DNA of 64,000 bases, taken from the NCBI GenBank assembly GCA_951406725.2, contig OX597834.1, positions 5,766,001-5,830,000 of the forward strand. The letters are read 5' to 3'. The stretch's first letter is position 1. Each line of letters begins with the position of its first letter. Positions 40,221 to 53,762 of the stretch are shown piece after piece. This DNA comes from Octopus vulgaris (Eukaryota). The translations under genes were made by a program, and so were the position numbers. The notes under the pieces are model-generated. The model searched no databases. It had not been told where the DNA came from and saw nothing but the letters and a program-made list of their open reading frames with translations.

Positions 40221-41532
40221 AAAACCAAGGAAGGTCAAAATCCCATGTTCTGGTGGCCTTAGTGTTAAAGCTGGTGGGGGTTTATCTCCATGCTAGTGAT
40301 ATAAAAAACAGTGTATTTTGCCCCCAAAGGCTAATATGAGAAGTTCTCCCAAGGTGCTCCTGCAGAACATCCACTTTAAAGTGGGGAGAAATATTACTTC
40401 TAGAAATCAATATTGTCTCTGTCACTAATCATCATCATCATCATCATCATTATCATCATCATTTAACATCCGCTTTCCATGCTAGCATGGGTTGGACGAT
40501 TTTGACTGAGGGCTGGTGAGCCAGATGGCTGCACCAGGCTCCAATCTTGATCTTGCAGAGTTTCTACAGCAGGATGCCCTTCCTAATGCCAATCTATTAT
40601 TTTTTACTAAGGAAAGTGCATTTGATCATAAAGTACTTTCTACATAAAATTACAGATGAGATGATCATGGTTAGAATGTATAAGCTCCAAGTTAACCTCA
40701 ACCTAAACCACAACATAGCCATTACTGTATACATTGTTTGATGCCTTCATGGCTAGTCACTTCCATAGCTCATTTACATACACCCTCTAGAACTACATAG
40801 CTGCTGTTGAAGAATGGACAGAAACCAATCTTTAAATTAATAGATTCATATTTTAAAACATCTGAACATTCAGCCAGACCTGATTTTAAATGGTTATCAT
40901 GTTTGATAATGCCTGAAGCTTTTCATGTGGAACAAAATAACATTTGGAACCATCTTGCTATTATTGTAGCCTCCGAAGCATTTATCATTTCCAAAACATT
41001 TGAATTTTATTAAGATGGGATAATTTTTCTTAGTATTTCTGTTGGATAAAGATTATGAAAACAGAGCCTGTTTTGATTAATAAAATTTATGTCTGTTTGA
41101 ATGGAGTCATTCCAATCATTAGGTGCTGATAGAAGATTATTCTTAACAGTTTTACTAACCTCTGGCTGTGGCAAGAAACGTGATGCTATCTGGTATTCTG
41201 AAACGATGGTTGTTAACAGATTTGACCTTCACCTACACTGTTGTGGTGGGTGGATGGGTAGTTGGGTGGGTCACAAGTTATTTGGTAGGGGAAAAGAAAA
41301 AGAATTAAACTGCATTCTGTGTTGCTATATCGGTGAGGAGGGATTGATTTATGTCCATCATCAATACGCTGATTTCATAACACCATTTCAAACACTCGCT
41401 ATAAAGCTATTTTAATCATTATTGTTGTTGTAAGGAATTAATCAGTGAACCCTTATGCAGTTATTCGACCTGTTAGAAACAGCAGCCAGATTTTCTTCAC
41501 ATTACATTCTACCATCCTAGAAAAGTGAAGGA

Positions 41533-41943
41533 CATCATCATCATCATCATCATCATTTAGCCTCTGCTTTCCAAGCTAGCATGGGTTGGACGGTTCAACT
41601 GGGGTCTGGGAGGCCAGAAGGCTGCACCAGGCCCAGTCTGATCTGGCAATGTTTCTATGGCTGGATGCCCTTCCTAACGCCAACCACTCCGTGAGTGTAG
41701 TGGCTGCTTTTTACGTGCCACCAGTACAGGTGCCAGACGGGGCTGGCAAACGGCCATGGTTGGATGGTGCTTTTTACGTGCCCCCGGCACGGGGGCCAGA
41801 CGAGGCTGGCAACGGCCACGAACGGATGGTGCTTTTATGTGCCACCGGCACGGGGGCCAGGTGAGGCTGGCAAACGGCCACGGTCGGATGGTGCTTTTTA
41901 CGTGCCACCGGCACAGATGCCTGTCGGGGCGGCACTGGCAACA
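41533..41943 (-). mobile_element. Family C
   Basis: Reverse-complement match with four hairpin units. Confidence 0.85.
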
Positions 41944-42955
41944 TATGATATAATTCAATTTATATTTTGTCTAAATGAAAGACATGTGTGTCAGTGTAAG
42001 AAGACCTTTGATTACAGGTTTGTTCAACCATGCATGACCCTGTCTTCAATCAACAGCAAAAATTATTGGAGCAATGAATAAATAGACTCTCTCCGTTTTA
42101 CTCTTGCTATCTTTTCCTTAAAATTCAACACAAAATCTTGGGAAAGCAAAATGATGTTCTCTGAATGACTTAAACTGCAAGAATAGACAGAGACATGAGT
42201 GTGTGGGTAAGAGGCTTGCTTCTCAATCAAGTGGTCTTCGGTTCAGTCCCAGTGTGCAACACCATGGGCAACTATCTACTGTAATAATTCTGGGCCAATC
42301 AAAGTCTTGTGAGTGAATCTGGTGGTTAGAAATCAAAAGAAGTTCATTGTGTGTGTGTGTATGTATGTGTGTGTGTATGTATGTGTGTGTGTATGTTGCT
42401 GCACGTGGCATGTAAAAAGTACCTATGCTGGTGTTACATAACAAAGCACTCAGTACACTTTGTAAAGTGGTTAACATTAGGAAGGGCATCCAACCATAGA
42501 AACCATGCCAGAACAGACAATTGGAGCCTGGTGGTGAAGAGTGGGACACACACACATACACACATGCACGTACACACGCGCACACACACACACACACACA
42601 CACATACACACACACACACACGATGGACTTCCAATAAGTTTCTTTCTGCCAAATCCACTTACAAGGCATTGATTGGCCCCAGGACAATAATAGAAGACAC
42701 CTGCTCAAGTTGCCACACATTGGTACTGAACCCAAATACATGTGATTGCAAAGCAAGCCTCTTAATGTCTCCGTCCCTCTTCTCTATTTTCAATTTTCAA
42801 AATTGATGTTCTACTGGCTATGTTTTCCAATGTCTGCTTCTTTAGTATGGCAGGGGTGATACAAGGAGATTTGGTTGTTATTTCTGGCAGCATAAGTGAC
42901 CATATAGAAGTTACTTGGCTCATGCATACATGGGAATTGTACAGATGTCATTCTT

Positions 42956-43346
42956 ATTTATTTATTCCCCACAGGGGGCTAAACATAGAAGGGAAAAACA
43001 AGGACAGACAAAGGGGTTAAGTCGATTACATCGACCCAGTGTGTAACTGATACTTAATTTATCGACCCCGAAAGGATGAAAGGCAAAGTCGACCTTGGCA
43101 GAATTTGAACTCAGAACGTAACGGCAGACGAAATACCTATTTCTTTATTACCCACAAGGGGCTAAATACAGAGGGGAAAAAACAAGGGCAGACAAAGGGA
43201 TTAAGTCGATTACATCGACCCCAGTGTGTAGACCCCCGAAAGGATGAAAGGCAAAGTCAACCACAGCAGAATTTGTAGCGGCAGACAAAATACTGTTAAA
43301 CATTTCGCCCGGTGTGCTAACATTTCTGCCAGCTCGCCGCCTTAAA
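42956..43346 (-). mobile_element. Family B SINE dimer with 11 bp TSD
   Basis: Junction gaaatac|ctatttc at 43136/43137; atgtcattctt at 42945-42955 and 43347-43357. Confidence 0.85.
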
Positions 43347-43449
43347 ATGTCATTCTTGTTTAATTCTAGCCCAGCCTGGTCAAGTAAAATGAATGATCAG
43401 ATGCATTCTAGTTATGCCCACCCCCATACAAGTGTCTCTCTCTCTCTCT

Positions 43450-43935
43450 CTATCTGCTCAGTCGAAGTCGACTCTCGGTCACTCGTTGGATCAGTGTCCT
43501 CCAGTCAGTTCTATCCTGGGCCGCTTCTTTCAGATTGGCTATGTCCATTCTGGTATCACTCTTGATGGTGTCAAGCCAGCGGGTTCTTGGTCAGCCTCTT
43601 CCTCTCTTGCCACTGACCATTCTGAGCATGATGTCCTTCTCCAGGGATTTTCTCTGCATAATATGACCAAAATATGCCAATCTATGCTTGGTGATCGTAG
43701 CTTCTAGCGACATTTTCGGCCTGATCTGCTTAAGAACTTGATAATAATAATAATAATAATCTATCTATCTATCCGCTCAGTGGAAGTCGACTCTCGGTTA
43801 CTCGTTGGATCAGTGTCCTCCAGCCAGTTCTATCCTGGGTCACTTCTTTCAGATTGGCCATGTCCATTCCGGCATCACTCCTGATGGTGTCAAGCCAGCG
43901 GGTTCTTGGTTGGGCCCTTCCTCTCTTGCCACTAA
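43450..43935 (-). mobile_element. Two tandem 5'-truncated RTE-BovB-like LINE ends
   Basis: Minus strand RLAYFGHIMQRKSLEKDIMLRMVSGKRGRG*PRTRWLDTIK...AQDRTDWR; shorter second copy 43758-43935 with (ATAG)n tail. Confidence 0.85.
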
Positions 43936-44404
43936 TGTCTCTAGAACTGTATTATTATCCAATGTCTTTTCTTTTATAAAAGAATAGAGAATGATTTACG
44001 AGAAATTCAGCTGTTGTTTTTAGCAGTTCAAATAATTACTTAATGGCTCCATCGTTGCCTCATTTGTGCAGAAGTAATTAGCGATGGCAGCACGCATAAA
44101 TTTAAATCCATGAAGCACTCGCATGTGTAATACATGGACACAGAATAATGTTTACAAAATTGCAATTAATATGATCAGTGCTTCGTTAAATTTCAGTAAA
44201 GTGCAAAATATAGCACCAAGAAGTAAAATTCATTAGTATTAACAAAGTCAATACTAATGAAGATAGAAACATTATTCTATAGAGTATTACATCATGTGTT
44301 AATTGAAAATTGAGATTACGTGGAAAGATTTTTAAAATATTGGTGATAACTATGTGGTTAAGAGTAATATAAGCTAATCAAAATAATCTTTATTTATGTC
44401 AGAG

Positions 44405-46054
44405 GGCCTTTCTGGAATCAAATATACCCTGGTAAACCAAGAGATTTTAGTGTATAATAAGGATGCTTAGAAGCTGTCATAAGACTATGCAGTTAACTTA
44501 TATATGGAGTGTGTTCAAAAAGTATCCAACTTTATTTTCCCTTATGCCACATGGTCAAAATCCTCAAAAGGCCTCTCTGGAATCAAATATACCCTGATAA
44601 ACCAAGAGATTTTAGTGTATAATAAGGATGCTTAGAAGCTGTCATAAGACTATGCAGTTAACTTATATATGGAGTGTGTTCAAAAAGCATCCAACTTTAT
44701 TTTCCCTTATGCCACATGGTCAAAATCCTCAAAAGGCCTCTCTGGAATCAAATATACCCTGATAAACCAAGAGATTTTAGTGGATAATAAGGATGCTTAG
44801 AAGCTGTCATAGGACTATGCAGTAAACTTATATATGGAGTGTGTTCAAAAAGTATCCAACCTTATTTTCCCTTTATGCCACATGGTCAAAATCCTCAAAA
44901 GGCCTCTCTGGAATCAAATATACCCTGATAAACCAAGAGATTTTAGTGTATAATAAGGATGCTTAGAAGCTGTCATAAGACTATGCAGTTAACTTATATA
45001 TGGAGTGTGTTCAAAAAGCATCCAACTTTATTTTCCCTTATGCCACATGGTCAAAATCCTCAAAAGGCCTCTCTGGAATCAAATATACCCTGATAAACCA
45101 AGAGATTTTAGTGGATAATAAGGATGCTTAGAAGCTGTCATAGGACTATGCAGTAAACTTATATATGGAGTGTGTTCAAAAAGTATCCAACCTTATTTTC
45201 CCTTTATGCCACATGGTCAAAATCCTCAAAAGGCCTCTCTGGAATCAAATATACCCTGATAAACCAAGAGATTTTAGTGGATAATAAGGATGCTTAGAAG
45301 CTGTCATAAGACTATGCAGTAAACTTATATATGGAGTGTGTTCAAAAAGTATCCAACCTTATTTTCCCTTTATGCCACATGGTCAAAATCCTCAAAAGGC
45401 CTTTCTGGAATCAAATATACCCTGGTAAACCAAGACATTTTAGTGGATAATAAGGATGTTTAGAAGCTGTCATAAGACTATGCAGTTAACTTATATATGG
45501 AGTGTGTTCAAAAAGCATCCAACTTTATTTTCCCTTATGCTACATGGTCAAAATCCTCAAAAGGCCTCTCTGGAATCAAATATACCCTGATAAACCAAGA
45601 GATTTTAGTGGATAATAAGGATGCTTAGAAGCTGTCATAGGACTATGCAGTAAACTTATATATGGAGTGTGTTCAAAAAGTATCCAACCTTATTTTCCCT
45701 TTATGCCACATGGTCAAAATCCTCAAAAGGCCTCTCTGGAATCAAATATACCCTGATAAACCAAGAGATTTTAGTGGATAATAAGGATGCTTAGAAGCTG
45801 TCATAAGACTATGCAGTAAACTTATATATGGAGTGTGTTCAAAAAGTATCCAACCTTATTTTCCCTTTATGCCACATGGTCAAAATCCTCAAAAGGCCTT
45901 TCTGGAATCAAATATACCCTGGTAAACCAAGACATTTTAGTGGATAATAAGGATGTTTAGAAGCTGTCATAAGACTATGCAGTTAACTTATATATGGAGT
46001 GTGTTCAAAAAGCATCCAACTTTATTTTCCCTTTATGCCACATGGTCAAAATCC
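44405..46054. repeat. Tandem array of ten 165-166 bp units
   Basis: ggcc unit starts at 44405, 44570, 44735, 44901, 45066, 45232, 45398, 45563, 45729, 45895. Confidence 0.95.
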
Positions 46055-47006
46055 TTTGGGCAGAAGATGACGCCACCATCCCTATGCATACTCTCTCTTT
46101 TTACTCTTTTACTTGTTTCAGTCATTTGACTGCGGCCATACTGGAGCACCGCCTTTTTAGTCGAGCAAATCGACCCCGGGACTTATTCTTTGTAAGCCCA
46201 GTACTTATTCTATCGTTCTCTTTTGCTGAACCGCTTAGTGACGGAGATGTAAACGCACCAGCATCGGTTGTCAAGCAATGCTAGGGGGACAAACACAGAC
46301 ACACAAACACACACATACATATACATATATATACATATACACGACAAGCTTCTTTCAGTTTCCGTCTTCCAAATCCACTCACAAGACATTGGTCAGCCCG
46401 GGGCCATAGCAGAAGACACTTGCCCAAGATGCTACGCAGTGGGACTGAACCCAGAACCATGTGGTTGGTTAGCCACTCCTGCATGTGTAAAAATTTTCGC
46501 AAATCATTCAGTAAAATGGAATGTACTCATGCTGTGCTTATTCCTACTTCATGAATAATATTCAGGATTGTTACAGAATGGTCTTCCATGATTATTCACC
46601 GAACCTTCTCAACTGGATCTCTCATTTCGACTTGTGGACAACATGCTTGAGTATGCCTTGCTCTCCACTGAAGTGAGGCCATTTTTTGGAGAGGTTGTGC
46701 CGTTCCTTCATCTGAGTTTTGCCCATGGCATCATCACCTGCTGAATCTTCTGGATGGTTTGAGCTTGAGTATCACTAAGCTTTTGTCAAAAATTGATGTA
46801 ATATCTCTGCTTGATACATTCCATGAGAACAAAAATCCAACGAGCTTGCACTACATGTCAGTACTCAAACCATAACAGTTGGGAACTGACGTGGCCTACT
46901 AGTATGAAACTTTTCATGTATGCCCAGGAAGGGTAGCATTATCTTCTACTCAAAGTATTTTGCCCACATGGAATTAGCAGGAAAAATAAAATCAGATACA
47001 TTTGGA
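45993..47006 (-). mobile_element. Internally deleted mariner with long imperfect TIRs; family A SINE (46090-46482, minus) inside
   Basis: Minus-strand MECIKQRYYINF...QKLSDTQAQTIQKIQQ..GDDAMGKTQMKE; about 46920-47006 is inversely similar to 46003-46090. Confidence 0.7.
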
Positions 47007-47007
47007 A

Positions 47008-47888
47008 GTTGCAGAAGATGGTTTGTCAAGTTCAAAGATGGTGATTTCGGCCTAAGAGAGAAACCATGAACAGGATGCCCTGTTGAATTTGATGATGAGC
47101 TTCTTTTGTCAGAACTTGAGAAGGATAATGCTGTGTCAGTCAAAGACTTGGAAAGCAAGCTCAGTTCAAGCCATTCAGCTATTCACCACCATCTTCAACA
47201 GCTTGGAAAGGTTCCCAAACTTGGAAAATGAGTTCCCCATGATTTGACAGATACCAACCGAAATCAGGAGTGGACATCTGCTCATCTCTTCACTCTCGTG
47301 AATTTACCTCACCATTTTGGGACAGATTAATGTTTGGTGATTAAAAATGAATTTTTTTTAATGAAAATGTTATGTTATACAGGCAATGGAGAACAGGCAA
47401 AACCACAACTCAAAAGGGACCTCCATGCAAAAAATGTTCTTCTTTCTGTTTGGTGGGATTGCATTAGAGTGATCCACAAATGCAACAATTACTGCTCACA
47501 CCTTTTGCTAACAATTAGAGTGTTTGAAGGCAACTGTGAATAAAAAAAAAGGCCTGTTTTGGCAAAATATCAGGGAGTGGTGTTTCATCATGATAATGCA
47601 AGGCCCCACACTGCAAAGGAAATATCAGAAAACATTGAAGAACGTGGCTGAGAAAAAATCCCCCTCACACCTTATTACCCAGACCTCACTCCTTCTGATT
47701 ACCATTTGTTTCAAAGCTTACAGAATCATTCAGATAGATTAGCACTCAGAAGCCCCAAAGAAGTCGAAACTGACCTCTCTTCCTTCTTTTCATCAAAACC
47801 AAAAGAGTTTTTCACCAATGGAATGAAAACTCTGATGAGTTGATGGAAGGAGGTCACCAATATGGATGGGAATTATATGCAGAATTAA
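47008..47888 (+). pseudogene. Decayed mariner transposase (5'-truncated)
   Basis: RWFVKFKDGDF, GK*VPHDL, NVLLSVWWD, VFHHDNARPH, YYPDLTPSDYHLF. Confidence 0.9.
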
Positions 47889-47953
47889 ATTTTTTATATA
47901 TATTAATATATGCATTGATTTATTATGTGTGTGTGTATGTGTGTGTGCATGTG

Positions 47954-47994
<41 letters not shown>

Positions 47995-48317
47995 TAAATA
48001 TAAACATATCAAACAGGCTTCCGCATAGTACTTTGCAGAACAGTGTTACCCAAAATGATATCACACACAAGGATTGAACCCACAATCATTTGGTAGCAAA
48101 ATAAACTTGTTACCCATCACCATAAAGAATAAACAATCACAAATTCAAATACTGGATTAAATCATTGAGTGAATGTTTGGAGCTTATTTTAAAGAGAATG
48201 GTAAGACGAGATTCAAAGGAAGCATTGCTGGAATTTGAACTCAGACCATAAAGCGATGTAACTTCAGGGGATTGAATCCAACTCCCTACCATTTCTGCCA
48301 ACCCACTGCATTTATTT

Positions 48318-48650
48318 GTATATGGCATGTAAAAGGGCATCATTCAAGTGTGATCGTTACCAGTGTCACCTTACTGGCACCTGTGCTGATGGCATGTGTA
48401 AAAAGATTCGAGCGAGGTCGTTGCCAGTACCGCCTGACTGGCCCCTGTGCTGGTGGCACGTAAAAAGCACCCACTACACTCACGGAGTGGTTGGCGTTAG
48501 GAAGGGCATCCAGCTGTAGAAACTCTGCCAGATCAAGACTGGAGCCTGGTGCAGCCTCCTGGCTTCCCCAGACCTCAGTCAAAATTGTCCAACCTATGCT
48601 AGCATGGGAAGCGGACGTTAAACGATGATGATGATGATGATGATGACGAT
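48318..48650 (+). mobile_element. Family C
   Basis: Canonical 3' end with (GAT)n. Confidence 0.85.
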
Positions 48651-49109
48651 TCTGTTAGTAGTCCTAGACATAGCAGCCTAGATCCCTGGCAAATCACATG
48701 TCAGCATCTTCAAAAGATGAACATTTTACATGATGTACTTCTGCATCTAGAAAAGATCTGTGGGATTGCCACAGCTGGAACAACTTTGATTATAGGTTTT
48801 ACTCAATCAGTTTTGGCTCGGGGTTAAAGAACTATCACCATTATCACCAGTGTCATTATCAACATCATCATAATTCTCCTCCTCCTCTTCTTCATCATCA
48901 CTACCCCAACATTGCCACCAGCAACAACAATCACCCTCTCCCCCCACTTACATAACAACACCACAGCCACATTCATCATCATCACTATCATCGTTATCTT
49001 TTTTTTTTTATTGCCTGTGGGGAAGGTGACTGTACTAGCAGCATCAACACCATCTCCATCACTTCCACAAGCATCTTCAACATTATCATCACCATTGCAG
49101 CTACTACCA

Positions 49110-49360
49110 TCACACCACCACCACCACCACCACCACTACCACAACGACCACCACCAACACCTCCACACTACCAGTCCACCATAACTAGCACTACCATCAA
49201 CCACCACCACAACCACCACCACCACCACCAACACCTCCACACTACCAGTCCACCATAACTAGCACTACCATCAACCACCACCACAACCACCACCACCACT
49301 ACAACCACCACCACCACCACAACCACCACCACCACCACCACAACCACCACCACCACCACA

Positions 49361-49391
<31 letters not shown>

Positions 49392-49675
49392 CCACCACCA
49401 CCACCACCACCACCACCACCACCACTACCACCACCACCACCACCACCACAACCACCACCACCACCAACACGTCCACACTACCAGTCCACCATAACTAGCA
49501 CTACCATCAACCACCACCACAACCACCACCACCACCACCACCACCACCTCCACACTACCAGTCCACCATAACTAGCACTACCATCAACCACCACCACAAC
49601 CACCACCACCTGCCCCACAACCACCACCACCTGCCCCACAACCACCACCACCACCACCACCACCACAACCACCTC
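49110..49675. repeat. (ACC)n field with four copies of a unique about 40 bp cassette
   Basis: tccacactaccagtccaccataactagcactaccatcaa at about 49162, 49235, 49472, 49549. Confidence 0.9.
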
Positions 49676-50079
49676 AGAAACACCATTATATTGACAATCG
49701 AAAATGCAATTACGGTGTTTAAATGCGGAAAAGATTTATTTGACAATAAGTTTGGAAAGTAGCTTATTTCCAAATGACCATAGGGACCGCACGACTTACT
49801 TAACACATTTCTCTAGAAGTTGTTGATTTAAATAGCTTTCCAATTGACTAAATAGTGCATTAGGGCATTGTAAAAATAAATAGCAAGTGTAGAAACATGA
49901 GCAGCAAATACAAGGGGAAGAGGTGAAAGAAAAAGGAAATCGAGAGACTCGGGAAGTTGGGAGAGAAAGGTACACCAAACTGATTTCCTTCGTTTTTCTG
50001 TAGCAACAAATATGTACGCATATGTACGTGGCTCTGTGGTTAAGGTGTCAGACTTACAATCATGAGTTTGTTGTGAGTT

Positions 50080-51125
50080 CAGTTGTGGCATGGTGCAGAT
50101 TCCTGCTGCCAGACATAGAGTCTTCCAGCAGCTAGCCTCTTGACCCAGGATAGCACTACTTCCTCCAGGCATTTGACATAGGTCTCCACGTGGAGTCTGA
50201 GGTTGTGTGGGAAGATGAATGGAGGCATAACATTGCCATCGCTAGCGATCACTCCAAACACCATGATGTTGACTGGCTGTTTGATTTTTTTTATCACTCA
50301 GCACATGTTTTGGGGACACAGCAAGCCAACAGTTGTTCTGTGTGTTCACCATCTGATACTAGCAGAGAGTTTTCTCATCTGAGAAAAACCGAAGCATGTT
50401 TGGTTGGAGGGGATGCTTGAGTTTTTTCAAAAGCTTTGTAGCATTACCTTTCCTCTTGTTCTTGATGGTTTGGGATAGAAACTGGCCCTTTCTCATCTTG
50501 TATGAGCGGAAAGTGTAACCTCTCGAAAGAGCTGTTCTTCACCCCTGCTCCAGAACGTTGGCTGCGGGGTCACTCCAAAAAGCTCTATCTGCGACGATTT
50601 CTATCTCAATCGACAATTTCTATCTCAATCCGTCCGGGTTGTGGATCCATGGAATAAGCTGCCGTACGAGATAGTGAAGATGCCGACGACCGCTCGGTTC
50701 AAAGTCTCCCTTGACCACAAATGGCCTGAACTCTTTGCATGAACACCACCCTGTACATAACTCCATGTCCCCCTACATGGCCTTGCTTTTTGCTTTTTGA
50801 GCCAAAAAATTAACTTAACTACTGAATGACTTCATGCACTACCTGCCTGATAAGAAACTCAGACACTCCCATTTTTCTGGTGATGGAGCTGATTGACTTT
50901 GAAGGAGTGTTGTCAATCATGGCCTGGATCTCACCAACAAATTCAGGAGTCCTTTTCTTATCAGAATGATCAGAGTCAGGTTTCTGAGTTGCTGTACCTT
51001 CATAATCACCATTAGGCTCAGCCAACTCTTACCGAATCCTTTGCACTGTCCTCAGATTGACACCCAAACACTCTGAAATGTTCATATTGGAGCTTCTAGC
51101 ATGAATGCCCGCATATCATGTCCAA
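50080..51125 (-). pseudogene. Tc1/mariner-superfamily transposase relic (probably maT/DD37D-like), split by a LINE
   Basis: IMVFGVIASDGNVMPPFIF...YVWQQESAPCH and RTPEFVGEIQAMIDNTPSKSISSITRKMGVSEFLIRQVVHE. Confidence 0.8.
50507..50820 (+). mobile_element. CR1/L2-group LINE 3' end inserted in the transposase
   Basis: LRGHSKKLY...SVRVVDPWNKLP...FKVSLD; tail taacttaact. Confidence 0.85.
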
Positions 51126-51554
51126 ATTTCTGGGGCCACGGAGATGAGAATAGTGGGTAATACCTATAGTGCTGAGGAAGGTACATTTGTAAATTAAATA
51201 AATCAATTTTTAAAAAACTAATTTTAAAAAAATTATCAAGTTAAACCCGAAACTATAGTACACTATTAATCCATAGTAATTTTTAAAAAAAATTTGTTTT
51301 GTTCGTTTCGCTTGCTGACAGCTCGTATTTGTATCAAGGTGAATTATAGTTGTTTTTCATTAAATCATCTCTGTTTTTCATCATATATGGAAAAGCCAAG
51401 GCTATGCCCCACACACTCTTTATTTACATATATTTAAATTTGCCGCCAGACAGAAGCAGGTTGAAAACTGATAATCCGATAAGGAAGCTTAGCTTTCTTT
51501 CACTCTTGTTATACTCTTATCTGTATATGTATGTGTGTTTATATATATATAAAC

Positions 51555-51762
51555 ACTTCCCGAAGTCAGGACACCATGATAGATCGTTAGCTCCTACACG
51601 CATTTTTTTCTCTCCTTGTTTTTTTCTGTGTATCTTTCTGTCGAAGAGCATAGCCTCGAAACGTAAAAGACTTTTTCTTTTCCTGAGCGTTATACTAATA
51701 AATTTGTTTGTTTGTACTCCACCCGCCTTCGTCTTTTGTTTATTTTCATAAAACTTCCCCTT
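51555..51762 (+). mobile_element. Penelope-like non-coding repeat in (TA)n with a hammerhead-like motif
   Basis: tcttt CTGTCGA A GAG catagc CTC GAAA CG TA aaaga at 51633-51670; partial second copy at 1069. Confidence 0.55.
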
Positions 51763-51780
51763 ATATATATATATATATAC

Positions 51781-52154
51781 AGGCGCAGGAGTGGCTGTGT
51801 GGTAAGTAGCTTGCTAACCAACCACATGGTCCCGGGTTCAGTCTTCTGCTATAGCCCCGGGCCGACCAATGCCTTGTGAGTGGATTTGGTAGACTGAAAC
51901 TGAAAGAAGCCTGTCGTATATATATGTATACATAATATACAGTTATTTATATATATATGTATATATACATATAGCATTGCTTGACAACCGATACTGGTGT
52001 GTTTACGTCCCCGTCACTTAGCGGTTCAGCAAAAGAGACCGATAGAATAAGTACTGGGCTTACAAAGAATAAGTCCCGGGGTCGATTTGCTCGACTAAAG
52101 GTGGTGCTCCAGCATGGCCACAGTCAAATGAATGAAACAAGTAAAAGAGAAAAG

Positions 52155-52155
<1 letters not shown>
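51781..52155 (+). mobile_element. SINE family A with internal deletions
   Basis: Match with gaps. Confidence 0.85.
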
Positions 52156-52235
<80 letters not shown>

Positions 52236-53104
52236 TAAGAGAGTTAACGATAAGTGGCTAACTCTAGTGCTAGAAATAGCTCCTTATTCTGGTATAGCCA
52301 CCGAAGATTTTTTCCATAGCAGAAATAGCATTACCTTCAACGTAAGGGAAGCAAAATACAACAAAAAGATAGATTAATACTGAACAATTGTTTCCTTATC
52401 AACATAATTGATTGATTCGATTGATTCTAGTTTCAGCTCATGAGCTGTGGCCATGCTGGGGCACCGCCATAATATGTAATTATACTCACATATTTGTCTA
52501 TAATTCATCAGCAGTATTTGTCCTCGATACAATTTATCAGACCCACACGGGTGATGAAATACACAGGTAATGCTCAGCCCTTGCTTAATCAATCTCACTG
52601 CTCCTTCTGTTTACATGTCTGTCCCAATCTTGGGTAAATACTTTGTAAAGGACCCGTTCAAACTTCAGGGTGAAATAATTTTTTCCACAGATTTTTCTGA
52701 GTGAATTCAACGTATGTCACCTGCAAACCTACCACAAACCCCTTTCTTCTGGAAAAGAAAGTGGGTGGGTGGGGGACCTTGGAGTTTCCCACCAATGGAG
52801 TTTTTGTTTCGTAGTTTAATTTTTCTTTTCCAGGCATGCCTTCAACAAATGTTACATCGAAATCACACATAAACGGCTCCTTTCCCCAGAACAGGAAAAA
52901 ACTGGCTGCTATTTCTTGCATGCTCTGCTACTATGCAACAGTTATTTCAGATCCTTTCTTCCAAGCAGCTGTTACGTGGTAGCAGGGCGTGCTAGAAATA
53001 GCAGCCAATTCTTTGGAAGTGAGATATATTGAATGCACTTGAAAAACCTATGAATAAAAAGTATTTCATGCCGAGGTTAGAATGGGTCTTTTACGAAATA
53101 TTCA

Positions 53105-53495
53105 CTCTTTTAGTCTCTTTTACTTGATTCAGTCATTTGACTGCGGCCATGCTGGAGCACCGCCTTTAATCGAGCAAATCGACCCCAGGACTTATTCTTT
53201 GTAAGCCTAGTACTTATTCTATCGGTCTCTTTGCCGAACCGCTAAGTTACGGGGACGTAAACACACCAGCATCAGTTGTCAAGCGATGTTGGGGAGACAA
53301 ACACACACACATATATATATACATATACATATATACGACGGGCTTCTTTCAGTTTCCGTCTACCAAATACACTCACAAGGCTTTGGTTGGCCCAAGGCTA
53401 TAGTAGAAGACACCTGCCCAAAGTGCCACGCAGGGGTATTGAACCCAGAACCATGTGGCTGGTAAGCAAGCTACTTACCACACAGCCACTCCTGT
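53105..53495 (-). mobile_element. SINE family A
   Basis: Reverse-complement match. Confidence 0.9.
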
Positions 53496-53762
53496 ACCTG
53501 TATTTACTGTATCTTTAAAGACATTTTCACTTAAAAATGTTTTTTTTAAATATGTTAAAAAAAATTTGTAATTGTATTCACTTGAAAATAATTTTCAAAA
53601 AAATAAAAATATTGTCTGTTTAAAGAAAGCTAAAATACTTACTATTCAAGTAACTTACATTTTTTGGAATCCCATTCACTTAAAAATATTTCTAAATGAT
53701 TAAAATATTGTGTTTAACAAAAGCAAAAATAAAAACGTTTACTGTAAAATCAACTTGTATTA

